A stretch of DNA of 63,616 nt, filler included, from Octopus bimaculoides (GCF_001194135.2; 5 parts of 5 records of this genome joined end to end with filler, not necessarily neighbours in it); one strand, 5' to 3'. Positions 37,413 to 49,850 are shown, counted from the whole stretch's first letter. Notes: a model not told the origin generated them from the sequence alone. Numbers and translations are program-made.

Positions 37413-38172
37413 CCGCTAGAGATAACAGTAGTACACTCCAGCTCGCAATATATAGAGAACAGGAACGCTTCACGAATTTGCAAGTAATCCTTGCACGGCC
37501 TCATTCTAATCTTCTCTATATCGTTCCAGTTTTAGAATATGCACTGACGAAGCTAGTACGCTGTATATGTCTTTGTAACGTTTCCACAAGAGGAATCGAT
37601 AGAATAAGTATCAGACTTTAAAAAGACATATACTGGAGTCGATTTGTTCGACTAAAAAACACTTCAAAGCAGGGTCCCGGTATGACCACAGTCCAGTGAC
37701 TAAAGCAATACATAGATAAAGGATACAAACAATACATTACATTTCTGTCTGGGCCCTCAATCTTTCCACACCAAATTATAAATAACAGTAAAAAGCGTAC
37801 GTAGAATCATCAGACCATAACCACAAGCTACCTTGACAACAAACGAAAAATAACAAAACGGAAGGCCCATCTCGCAGATTGCTCCAGCAATCGCCAACCT
37901 CCATCATGCCTGGCGCTAGAGTTATAACCAACTCTAAACAAACAGAACATTCCTACAACATATTAGACTAAACGTTATCCATCTCTAATGCAGTTCAGAC
38001 AAGTACAAAAGACGCTTTCGCACGCACACGTATGCGCGCACTCATACAATATTTTCTTTTTAGAAAATATAACTCCGAACTGACCAGTGACTTGGTGACT
38101 TGTGAGTGAATTTGGTAGGCGAAAACCGTGTGGAAGCTCGCAGTATATATGTGAGTGTATGTGCGCGCGAGC

Positions 38173-38212
<40 letters not shown>

Positions 38213-38844
38213 GCGCGCGCGCACTCACATGTATATTAATATATATAATTAAGGGATCAGCAAAATATTTGCTTCACCATATACCGAATCATCTGAATTG
38301 GTTAGTTTTTCATTGTTTTTTCTTCTTGTTTTTGCCTTTGTGAGTTGCAAGTGATGCTATCTGTGAGATTCTCAGCTTTTTTAGCTGCTATTTTCTGAAC
38401 TTCGNNNNNNNNNNNNNNNNNNNNNNNNNNNNNNNNNNNNNNNNNNNNNNNNNNNNNNNNNNNNNNNNNNNNNNNNNNNNNNNNNNNNNNNNNNNNNNNN
38501 NNNNNNNNNNNNNNNNNNNNNNNNNNNNNNNNNNNNNNNNNNNNNNNNNNNNNNNNNNNNNNNNNNNNNNNNNNNNNNNNNNNNNNNNNNNNNNNNNNNN
38601 NNNNNNNNNNNNNNNNNNNNNNNNNNNNNNNNNNNNNNNNNNNNNNNNNNNNNNNNNNNNNNNNNNNNNNNNNNNNNNNNNNNNNNNNNNNNNNNNNNNN
38701 NNNNNNNNNNNNNNNNNNNNNNNNNNNNNNNNNNNNNNNNNNNNNNNNNNNNNNNNNNNNNNNNNNNNNNNNNNNNNNNNNNNNNNNNNNNNNNNNNNNN
38801 NNNNNNNNNNNNNNNNNNNNNNNNNNNNNNNNNNNNNNNNNNNN

Positions 38845-38914
<70 letters not shown>

Positions 38915-39101
38915 TGCATTGCTGGCGACTTTTCCTTCTTTCTCTTCGGACTTTTCTCTTTGCGACGAAGAGCTATGCTCGTAATGTTAACAACTCTTTT
39001 CGCCCAGCGTCAAATTAACATATTCCTTGAGCAAGTCCTTACATTTGTTTTTGTTTCTTTTTTCTCTGTTTTTTTTTGTTCTTTGAATTGACTATATAGA
39101 T

Positions 39102-39141
<40 letters not shown>

Positions 39142-39157
39142 NNNNNNNNNNATAGAT

Positions 39158-39217
<60 letters not shown>

Positions 39218-39747
39218 CAGATAGACAGATAGACAGACAGATATAGAAAGATAGATATTCATGCATGAGTGTATTTATGTATGTTTGTGTTGTATTTGAG
39301 TTTCTCCCCTCCACCGTTTGATAACCGGTGTTAGTTTGTTTACGTTCACCTCTAACTCAATGGTTCTGCAGCAAAGACAGATCGAATAAATACCAGACTT
39401 TAAGATAAAAGTACACTGGGTCAGTTTGTCCCACTAAATCCGATAAGGCGTCGCTCCAGCATGGTCGCAGTCTGATGAGTGAAAAAATAAGTGGAAAATA
39501 AAAGAGGAACTACATGGCCTTTCACTTGATGAAAACAGGTATGTATTTAGAAATGTGGGGTTTCTGTATCTCACCATGTCGTTCGTCTGATTAACCTACG
39601 TACTTTTGACACTTTTTTTTTTATCAGGAATGACTGAAAGTAACATATCATCATCATCATCATCATCATCATCACCATCACGCAGCACCATTGCTACCAC
39701 TACCACCACTAGCTACACCACCATCACCACCACCCCTACTACGTATC

Positions 39748-40302
39748 CTCTTTTACTTGTTTCAGTCATTTTTTGACTGCGGCCATGCTGGAGCACCGCT
39801 TTTTAGTCGAGCAAATCGACCCAAGGACTTATTCTTTGTAAGCCTAGTACTTATTCTATCGGTATCTTTTGCCGAACTGTTAAGCCAAACACAAACACAC
39901 AAACACACACACACACAAGTATATATGTGTGTGTTTGTGTGTCTGTGTTTGTCCCTCTAGCATTGCTAACAACCGATGCTGGTGTGTTTATGTCCCCGTC
40001 ACTTAGCGGTTCGGCAAAAGAGACCGATAGAATAAGTACTAGGCTTACAAAGAATAGGTCCCGGGGTCGATTTGCTCGACTAAAGGCGTTGCTCCAGCAT
40101 GGCCGTAGTCAAATGACTGAAACAAATAAAAGATATATATATATATACGACGGGCTTCTTACAGTTTTCGTCTACCAAATCCACTCACAAGGCTTTGGTC
40201 GGCCCGAAGCTATAGTATAAGACACTTGCGCAAGATGCCACGCAGTGTGACTGAACCCGGAACCATGTGGTTGGTAAGCAAGCTACTTACCACACAGACA
40301 CT
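39748..40302. mobile_element. family A SINE (minus) with an inverted family A 3' half nested in its internal microsatellite
   Basis: Minus tail 39748-39885, plus-strand 3' half ~39915-40132, minus head 40145-40302. Confidence 0.85.
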
Positions 40303-41011
40303 CAAGTCATTAATGAAAGACAATGAAAAAACAATTTTGTCTATTCAAAAAAATAAAAACGTTAGTATTGTTTTTTTGTTTTTGATCAGTTGCACAGTTG
40401 CAAAAAGAAAAGAAAAAAAAAGAAACGAAAAAAATAGAAATTCATGGACAACCATGGTGTTGTGTTTAGGACTTCAAAGTCAAGGACATTAAAAAATACA
40501 ATAAAATATAATAAAAGAAAAGAGAGGGAAAAAAAGAAAAGAAAGGAAGGAAGTAAAAAAGGAAGAAGGAAAAATAGAGAGATTTAAGGGAAGAAAGAAA
40601 AAAGTAAGATGTAGAGAAATAAAGAAAAGAGAGAAGAAAAAGAAAACAAAATAGACGAAAGAAAGAAAGAAAGAAAGAAAGGAACAGATAAGCTGGTTAA
40701 ACGGATTGAACGCAAGGCGTGCTGGAGAGTTGGCTGCAGAGGATTAAAATTTCTCTTAGCCAAGTCAAGTGGGTCGTTGAATTGTTCAAGTCGGCTGTTA
40801 TGGAGCTTCTGTTCAACTGAAAACAATTCGAAAAGGATTAGGTGATGCTGCTGTTGTGAGGAGGGCTCAAGAAACGTCTGTCTGTCGGTCGTTTGCCCGC
40901 CGCCGCCGCCGCCGAGTAAATATTATAATGGGCTGCTTAGAAAGAACGAGCATCATTACATGCCGTTAAATTGTCGCATCGGAGAGACAGACGGGGGGAT
41001 GCGAAACAGGA

Positions 41012-41049
<38 letters not shown>

Positions 41050-41399
41050 ATGTGTGCGAGCGTTTGCGCATATATCTGAGTGTGAGTGTGCGTGAGTGAA
41101 TGTATATGTATGTGAATGAGTGTGCGCGCGCTTATATGTAAGTGAGCACGTGTGTGTGGGTGGAAGTGAGGGTGTTTTAGGCGGAGAAAAGAGCCTACTT
41201 ACAAACTACCACCGCTGTTGTTAACAAACACCATTACTGCAGTTGATGCAACTTCTGCCGCTGCTGTCATTATTGCAATTGCTGCAACTGCTGCTGCTGC
41301 TGCTCTTGTTATTGCTACTGCTGTCGCAGCTGCTGCTGCTGTTGTTGTTACAGCTTCTGTCTGGCCCTGCTATATTCAACATCATCACACCGAGCCAAC

Positions 41400-41612
41400 G
41401 ACGGATCCTCGAAGTGGTCACTCGACTCTGCTAGATATCGCAGCCAAATCCCTCTTAAAATAACCATCTGCCATTTTTTTTTTTTTAATGATTCGTTGAA
41501 TAATGCAATCATAGATGTACTGCATCTTAGAAAAATAACAGGTTGGTCACGAATGGAATGCCTTCGATCGTAAGAGGGCTTGATCAGAGTTCACCCGGAT
41601 TACAACAAACTC
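41400..41612 (+). mobile_element. dispersed SINE-like repeat, family E
   Basis: CTGCTAGATATCGCAGCCAAATCCCTC...GGAATGCCTTCGATC...ACAAC; related copies in reverse at ~43420-43510 and 51665-51870. Confidence 0.5.
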
Positions 41613-42126
41613 ATAAAATAATTACGTTGTAACATCTGTTGCAGCAGCAGCAGCAGCAGCAGTAGCAGTAGCAGTAGTAGTAGTAGTAGTAGATGATGAT
41701 GATGACAATGATAATGTTTAGTCCCAACTTTGAAGAAGCGAGATATATGAGATCAAGGTATTTCTGTGTTGACCAGCCGTCAGCTTTATTTATTCATTTA
41801 TTTATCTATTTAAGGGTACATTAATCAATTTGTCTTTCTTTTATAAAACAGTAGTGTGAGATCAAGTTGTGATATAGTTGCTATAACTTGCATGTGGAGA
41901 AAAAGTCATCGATAGCCTATGCTTCATAGGAAGCGAAGGGTTCAAGGATAAGGATAAGGGAACACTGCAATGTAAATATTTGGTTATTAACTCTCTGGAA
42001 AGCTGACAGGATAGTAAATCACATTTTTTGGTGAATATTTCTCAGTACAACTTATTTATACCTTGCACCTGTAGTTAGGCGATCGGAGTCGATACCTTGG
42101 AGTGTATAAGTTGTAGTTGTGGTTGT

Positions 42127-42330
42127 TACGAGAATGGGCTGAAAAGTTCATAGGCTGACTGTGAAGAAGTGATGCTAGGGCTGTGAGAACTTGCATGTTA
42201 TAATTTCAACCCAACTTCTTAATAACTACATTGTTTCCATTCAGGTAAACTGACGACTGATTGTTCAAAGAAGACTTCAAAGGTAACTAGCAACCACTTC
42301 TCTGGAAAACAAACGAAATTTGGCATCGTG
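42127..42330 (+). mobile_element. mariner 5' terminal remnant
   Basis: TACGAGAATGGGCTGAAAAGTTCATAGGCTGAC resembles a mariner TIR and the 45351 MITE ends. Confidence 0.45.
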
Positions 42331-43699
42331 GTATTATCGTATCGCTGCTGTTTAACCGGTTAACCAGGCAGGCAATGGTCTGTCAGAATCGTTAGAGCAT
42401 CGGACAAAATGTCTGCGGTATTTAGCTATAGTCCCTCTACGATTTGGGTTTAAATCTCACTGAAGTGTAATTTGTGTTTAATCCTTCCGAGATCGATGAA
42501 ATAATTCTAATTCTGGCACAAGGCCAACGATTCTAGGAACAAGCAAAACATTAGCACAAGGCCAGCGATTCTGGGAAGTAGATGTTAGTCAATTACGTCG
42601 ACCCCAGTACTTGACTAGTACTTTATTTTATCCACCAAGTAAGTATGAGCGGCAAAGTTATTTCGAGGGATTTGAACTCAGATCGTATGGGATCGATGAA
42701 ATAAACGCATCCCTCATTGACTTGTGGTGTGAAGAATTGATTGTTTGATTTTCATCGGCTGCTTCCTGCTGGCTGGCTTTACTGTTTACAAACCCCATGA
42801 AGTCCTCATTATTAGTCTTACTACCGATGAAGTGTTACATGAGATTTGTTTAGATTTCCATTCAGGTTTAATTTTTTTTAAATCTAAGATGAATGACAAT
42901 TGAAATAAAATGGGGGGGGGAGGTTTAATTTTATTTTAAAAAACTAAGATGAATGATAAATGAAATAAAATGATGGGGGAGGAGCTTGATCGATTTGAAG
43001 AAGTGAAAACGACAGTAGCAAGGCAACGGCAACGGCGGTCGTAATGGTGTTATTGATGGTGAATGACGAAGAGTGTCCCTTGTTGAGAAAGTCAAGTGTT
43101 GATGCGGATTTAGGGGACAATGGGACAATGACTGTTTTATAAAAGATTAACAACAATTGCAGACAGATTTCAAAAGAGTGAAATGTCGCNNNNNNNNNNN
43201 NNNNNNNNNNNNNNNNNNNNNNNNNNNNNNNNNNNNNNNNNNNNNNNNNNNNNNNNNNNNNNNNNNNNNNNNNNNNNNNNNNNNNNNNNNNNNNNNNNNN
43301 NNNNNNNNNNNNNNNNNNNNNNNNNNNNNNNNNNNNNNNNNNNNNNNTTTTTTTTTTTTTTTTACTATCTGATAATATAGATCAAAAAGATTTATGATTC
43401 CAACAGTAAGGATTCTGCATTTTTGGCAGAATTAACTGGAAGGTGTTAATTACCGAAGATTTTGCTGCTATTTCTAATAGGTCAAACACCGACATTGAGG
43501 CTCCCTCAAAGTTTGTATAGTATAACTGAGCGCCTTGCTGTAATAATTTCCATCCTTATGGGACTACTGGTTGAATTTTCAGGAACCTGGAAACATTTAC
43601 AGGAACATTCCGCTCCTTAGCGCAAGTGGAGTTCAGTAATGGCTTTTAGACTCACGTTAAGATTTGTTGAGGTTATATATTTCGGGAGAGGTATGTAAA

Positions 43700-44330
43700 A
43701 GACTAGAAACCGGTTCAGGCAGTTCGGACAGTTTAACAGATATCGAGTGAATTCTCCGAATGCACTAAAGTGGACACGGAACATCAACATCAGGTCATCC
43801 AAATAGTATCACAATAGAGTGTTTGCAAGATCACTGGAAAGTGTAGGGTCCACAGTAAAAACCAGTCGGTAATACAGACCACAAATTTGTGATCTGTACC
43901 GCTAACTGGCAAGGGTAAGACGTATAATCGGGGAACCAATTACTTGAAGCTGAACGCGTCGTTCCCAACGTCCCAATGTTTTTCTGTCATGTGTGTAGGG
44001 TCATTGTTGAATGTACATGTGCATACATATACCAGAGGGTACTCATAAGGTTGCAGAGGGGTGCTCTGAAATGGATGGTTAGAACAGAATCAGATACATA
44101 TAGCAGAGAAATATAGACAGAGATAAATAGATTAGAAGTGAATCATGAGAGTAAATTAGAAGACGCACTTAGGGAAGGAATTGACCCCGACGAAAATGGG
44201 TTTCAATGTGAAACATGAAGGTTGTGTTGTCAGAGCTAAGGCAACACAACATTATTTAATAGGAACGAAAGCCATTCGTTGGGCCTCAGTGGTTGAGGAT
44301 CAACAATTTGGTCTTTGACGGACCGAATGC
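43700..44330 (+). mobile_element. L1/Tx1-like LINE endonuclease-linker fragment, decayed
   Basis: NRVFAR, VGNTDHKFVIC, YLKLNASF, SKLEDALREG and NVKHEGCVVRAK remnants; similar to 20170-21185. Confidence 0.6.
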
Positions 44331-44753
44331 TCACTTGTGACAACAGTTGGATAACACATTGAATTTCTATTGAGGAATGACGCAAGCTGTTTCAGTACTT
44401 GTAACTTTTGAAATAGACAAAGTCTTCAGTTGTACAATCTGTTAAAATATGGAGTAATTCTGTCAAATTATTGACTGTTATTGCAGGGCGGCGATGTCCT
44501 TGGCCTCTGAGCTTCAGATATATCGAGACAGGGTGGTGGAGTTTGAGGCCAAGAAACAAGTAAAATGAGAATAAGTTGGAATTTTATTGACACATCGATT
44601 CCATATGCTTATGGATTCATTTTGGAAAACTTTAAATCGACTACATATCCCAAGACACTTTTCACAAATTCGAATTCTCGACTAAAAGCACGCAGAGTAG
44701 CCTGCCTAGTCGATGAATATACACCTTGAGTGAAGACACTGCCTTACCTTTTA

Positions 44754-45278
<525 letters not shown>

Positions 45279-45350
45279 TTTGTATGTATTTGTATATGCT
45301 TTTCTGTCATGTGTGTAGGGCCATTGTTGAATGTGCATGTGCATACATAT

Positions 45351-45569
45351 ACCAGAGGGTGCTCAGATGTTCCTAGCTTTGGGTAACAGAAAATACAAGA
45401 GGATCAATTGATTATGATTTTATCCAACATATTCCCCTCTCAGATTCACACACTTATTGCAGCGGTCCTTCAGTTTTTCTAAGCCCTGTAAAAGAAATCG
45501 GAATGTTGGGCCTCCAGCCTGGCCTTTCGCGATATAATTAAAACCAGGAACTTTCCAGCACCCACTCGT
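45351..45569. mobile_element. mariner-derived MITE, ~220 bp
   Basis: Imperfect TIRs ACCAGAGGGTGCTCAGATGTTCCTAGCTTT / AAAACCAGGAACTTTCCAGCACCCACTCGT. Confidence 0.7.
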
Positions 45570-46006
45570 TTCAAACAAATTTACTCTAGTGTTCAAGTTT
45601 TCCTTTTTTATTTTAAGTTATACATACGTATATAGTTCTTCAAACACACACATACACTCACACATACACATGCACGCGCACACACACACAAATTCACACA
45701 TATAAATGCTATGACATGTGTATATATATATTGAACGAAAGAGAAAGAGGGAGAAACAAAAACAAGCAGGCAGACAGACAGACAGACAGACAGAAAAATA
45801 TATTTGCGCCTGTGTATTTTCGAGAGCAAATGAGACAACAAATTACAATAACAAAAGTATTGGGAATGGAAGTTCATTTAAATGGCTAGAAAACTTAAAC
45901 AAGAGGTGTAATGCAAAAATTCTAACACATACACATGGACACACAAACACGCGCACACACATACCTGTATGTGTGTGTATTTGTACATATATATACATAC
46001 AAATAT

Positions 46007-46047
<41 letters not shown>

Positions 46048-46147
46048 NNNNNNNNNNNNNNNNNNNNNNNNNNNNNNNNNNNNNNNNNNNNTTAATTAAT
46101 TAANNNNNNNNNNNNNNNNNNNNNNNNNNNNNNNNNNNNNNNNNNNN

Positions 46148-46227
46148 ATAGCCTCGGGCCGACCAAAGCCTTGTGAGTGGATTTGATAGACGGAAACTGA
46201 AAGAAGACCGTCGTATATATGTATATT

Positions 46228-46258
<31 letters not shown>

Positions 46259-46478
46259 TTGTGTGTCTGTGTTTTTTCCCCCAACATCGCTTGACAACCG
46301 ATGCTGGTGTGTTTGCGTCCCCGTAACTGAGCGCTTCGGCAAAATATACCAATAGAATAAGTTCTAGGCTTACAAAGAATAAGTCCTGGGGTCGATTTGC
46401 TCGACTAAAGGCGGTGCTCCAGCATGGCCGCAGTCAAATGACTGAAACAAGTAAAAGAGTAAAAGAGAGTAAAGAGTA
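46148..46478 (+). mobile_element. family A SINE (head lost in the gap)
   Basis: Near-identical to the other family A copies. Confidence 0.9.
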
Positions 46479-46479
46479 A

Positions 46480-47090
46480 TATTTTCAGAGGAAAAAGTGA
46501 TTTAAGGGAGATTTGGCTATCATTTCTAGCACATCCTAAGACAACCCTCCTCGTTTCTTTCTCACCGTCGAATGTTTTGAAATTTTTCAATATTTTTCTT
46601 CCCATAAATACATTTATATGCTATAAAAAATGTGAAAAATTATGATAATTTTGCAACTTCACTCCATGGCCCCGATTGTTTCTGTTTATAATCTAAAACA
46701 TTGAAGAGCCTGAGAAAGTCATTACTGGCATTTATCGACAGTGATTTTAAAAAATGGCGATGTAAACGATAATTCAATTTTAATAGCATGCTTTTCAGTT
46801 AGAAAATGTTTTTTTTTTCTTTCGCACACACGCCTTCGCTTGATTGAGGTGGGGGGTAAAAATTTGAATTACAATTTTTTGTTGTTGTTGTTGCCTATAT
46901 CCCACCAATGGACCACGCGTGCGTTACTTAGGCATCATCATTCTATAAAATGTGTTTAATGGGAGAAAAATATTGAAAACAAACATCAATACATGCGAGG
47001 ATGTGTGAGTGAAAACGGAGGGTAGTTTGGGATGTGCTAGAAACAACAGCCAAATATCTCTTGAATCCTACACCTTTTCCTTTGAAAATA
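46480..47090. mobile_element. long-TIR non-autonomous element (arms ~140 bp, spacer ~325 bp)
   Basis: 46480-46618 is the reverse complement of 46944-47090 (TATTTTCA.AGGAAAA, ATTTGGCT..TTTCTAGCACATCC, TTTTCAATATTTTTCT). Confidence 0.65.
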
Positions 47091-47714
47091 CTTCAATTTT
47101 TTTTTTTTTTTTTTTTTTTTNNNNNNNNNNNNNNNNNNNNNNNNNNNNNNNNNNNNNNNNNNNNNNNNNNNNNNNNNNNNNNNNNNNNNNNNNNNNNNNN
47201 NNNNNNNNNNNNNNNNNNNNNNNNNNNNNNNNNNNNNNNNNNNNNNNNNNNNNNNNNNNNNNNNNNNNNNNNNNNNNNNNNNNNNNNNNNNNNNNNNNNN
47301 NNNNNNNNNNNNNNNNNNNNNNNNNNNNNNNNNNNNNNNNNNNNNNNNNNNNNNNNNNNNNNNNNNNNNNNNNNNNNNNNNNNNNNNNNNNNNNNNNNNN
47401 NNNNNNNNNNNNNNNNNNNNNNNNNNNNNNNNNNNNNNNNNNNNNNNNNNNNNNNNNNNNNNNNNNNNNNNNNNNNNNNNNNNNNNNNNNNNNNNNNNNN
47501 NNNNNNNNNNNNNNNNNNCTATATATCTATATATATATGTGACTTATATGTAAGTATATATTTATCTAAATCTTGTACGACTGTATTCTTTCTTTCTATC
47601 AGCCCTTTCACGCTTATTCATTCATTCCACTCTTCGTTCTTTCGTTCCCTCTCTTTCACACTTCCCTGCCTTCTTTTCCTCCTCACTTTCCCTCCTCTTT
47701 TCACTTCACTATGT

Positions 47715-48189
47715 CATTTTTTTCTCGCCTCTCCTTAATTCTTCTGTCACTCTACCTCTACCGCTCTCTCTTCTCTCCCCGCGTGACCGGTGTTCGGCCA
47801 AGTCTGATCTTTCTTTCTTGCTTCGACCGTCGTCCATGCAACATCCATATTCCTCCTTGTGCCTGTGAAATCTTGTATCCCTGCTGTAAGGCTTTATTTC
47901 AATACACGCCAGCTTAATTCATCCTTCGTCGAAAAATACCTGTTGTTATGTCTTGTTATTTGTATTTGTGCAACATTCTCCGTTTTTTACCGTCCTTGTT
48001 TTCGTATACATTCGTTGCTTTCTTCCAAAGAATCTAATGCTCTTAGCTTAGTTTTTCCGTGGAGCTGGCCAGATTAGAGTAATCTCGAGTATAACCAGCC
48101 GAAATTGCAAAAATAATCTGGAACTCGACTGAGGAAAGAAAACTCCGAATGACCCGTCCTTGCTTTCTTTGTATCGTGTATCTGGATGT
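47715..48189 (+). mobile_element. Penelope-like terminal repeat fragment (tentative)
   Basis: Pyrimidine-rich repeat containing the hammerhead-like CTGAGGA-A-AGA-aaac-TCC-GAAT-gaccc-GTC (48129-48158). Confidence 0.35.
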
Positions 48190-48524
48190 NNNNNNNNNNN
48201 NNNNNNNNNNNNNNNNNNNNNNNNNNNNNNNNNNNNNNNNNNNNNNNNNNNNNNNNNNNNNNNNNNNNNNNNNNNNNNNNNNNNNNNNNNNNNNNNNNNN
48301 NNNNNNNNNNNNNNNNNNNNNNNNNNNNNNNNNNNNNNNNNNNNNNNNNNNNNNNNNNNNNNNNNNNNNNNNNNNNNNNNNNNNNNNNNNNNNNNNNNNN
48401 NNNNNNNNNNNNNNNNNNNNNNNNNNNNNNNNNNNNNNNNNNNNNNNNNNNNNNNNNNNNNNNNNNNNNNNNNNNNNNNNNNNNNNNNNNNNNNNNNNNN
48501 NNNNNNNNNNNNNATATATATATG

Positions 48525-48560
<36 letters not shown>

Positions 48561-49049
48561 TGATGAGATATGATATGATACCTAATAATTCTGTTGATTA
48601 ATTGTTGTCAAGGTTACAACTGAATCATATAGATAAACATTTTACCAGATTATGACTGGGGATAATTTCCAAAAAGAAAGTCCCTGAAATGCATTAGCCC
48701 ACTTATACTTTCCCCATCCGGAAGACATAAAATTGGTTATTTCTAGACATAATATCAGTCTGTTTCTGTTCACTGTGAAATTAAGATATCGTCTTGTTAG
48801 AGAAGACCACCCCCTTTCAAGACCAGAGTAAACATGAAAATAATAGACAGAATAAACAAAATAATATAAAAGGATAGCAAATTAAATTTTCACAGCATGA
48901 CTCACGATTGTGCATGATACATATAATGATGTTTTGAAGTTTAAATATGTCGGTTTGGAAATTTTACACAATACCATCATCATCATCAATCTCACCCTCC
49001 TCATCATCATCATCATCATCAACAACAACAACAACAGCAACATACGACA

Positions 49050-49850
49050 CATTCTGTCAGCGAAGAAAACAAACTATATTTAATGAGTGAAAGTGATGTT
49101 TGGAGTGACACAAAATGGACCGTGTTAATATTTTCACCAGACTTCCTCACTAGCAAAGAAAAGTTTTGCAGCATGAAAACGCTACCTCTCCTGAGCGAAT
49201 AAAGATGGTGGATCAAATATCTCTATAACTTTGTAAACACAACAGTCTACTTTAGACCTTCACAGAAGCAACTGCATATATTGCTGGCTGACCGATACTC
49301 CAACATATAGTACCATATGCCTTGTTTTCCAAAACGGCAGAGCGTAAAAAGAAAACAGACCGAGCTGTTTCGCCATTGGGTTTTCCCACAGACTAATGTC
49401 ATATTACATAAGACAAGCAAAATATAAATCACAATAAATACATTTCGATGACGTTGACCATTGTTTTACGGAAGTTTTTGTGCAAGAGTGGACGCCAAAA
49501 TGAACAGAAACTGAATTTATTAGAATGAAATCTTCATGGATATGTAGCTCCAAAAAGCACAGGACTATTCTGAAGCTGTACCCCGTCGTGGATGAGAAAG
49601 AAAATGTTGAAATACCAACTGATAGACATGTGAAAACAAGAACCGTTCACGAGATTTTTACCTGGAAGAAACTGAAGATTAAAAAGAAGACGGTGCCAGA
49701 TACATCTACAGCAAATTCCACTCCACGGCGAAAAAGATATATGTGTATCGCAAAGGTGAGGAGGAACTTATGCGCACGAGACGACACGTACCTCACGTAC
49801 CTCGTTTGAAATGCTAGCTATGTCCTTATAAGATGATGGAAGATCTAACA
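49050..49850 (+). mobile_element. heavily decayed RTE-like LINE 3' fragment (tentative)
   Basis: Weak remnants of the RTE C-terminal layout only. Confidence 0.3.

Larger units (their letters stand above)
36810..37495 (-). repeat. diverged tandem dimer, unit ~335-341 bp, each unit with a hammerhead fold (candidate retrozyme or Penelope-type terminal repeat)
   Basis: Shared anchors CTCTATAAG (36838/37173), TTATCGCCACTTAAACAT, GTGAACCCCTACCATCTTCCA, GAGACCACCAGACCGTA.GGTTTCGACCTC and ATATAGAGAACA. Confidence 0.85.
36630..37720 (+). mobile_element. old family A SINE split by an insertion (head 36630-36752, tail 37560-37720)
   Basis: Head GGTTTCGGGTTGAGTCCCAC...GACCGACCAATACCTTG, then (GT)n; tail GATAGAATAAGTATCAG...GTCGATTTGTTCGACTAA resumes after the tandem dimer. 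Confidence 0.65.

Noticed and set aside
36918-37621. Paralogous small ORFs MLLLFLT...ETTRPYGFDL in the tandem dimer
   Set aside because: By-eye comparison shows many non-synonymous changes and different stops. The conserved core is better explained by the hammerhead on the opposite strand.
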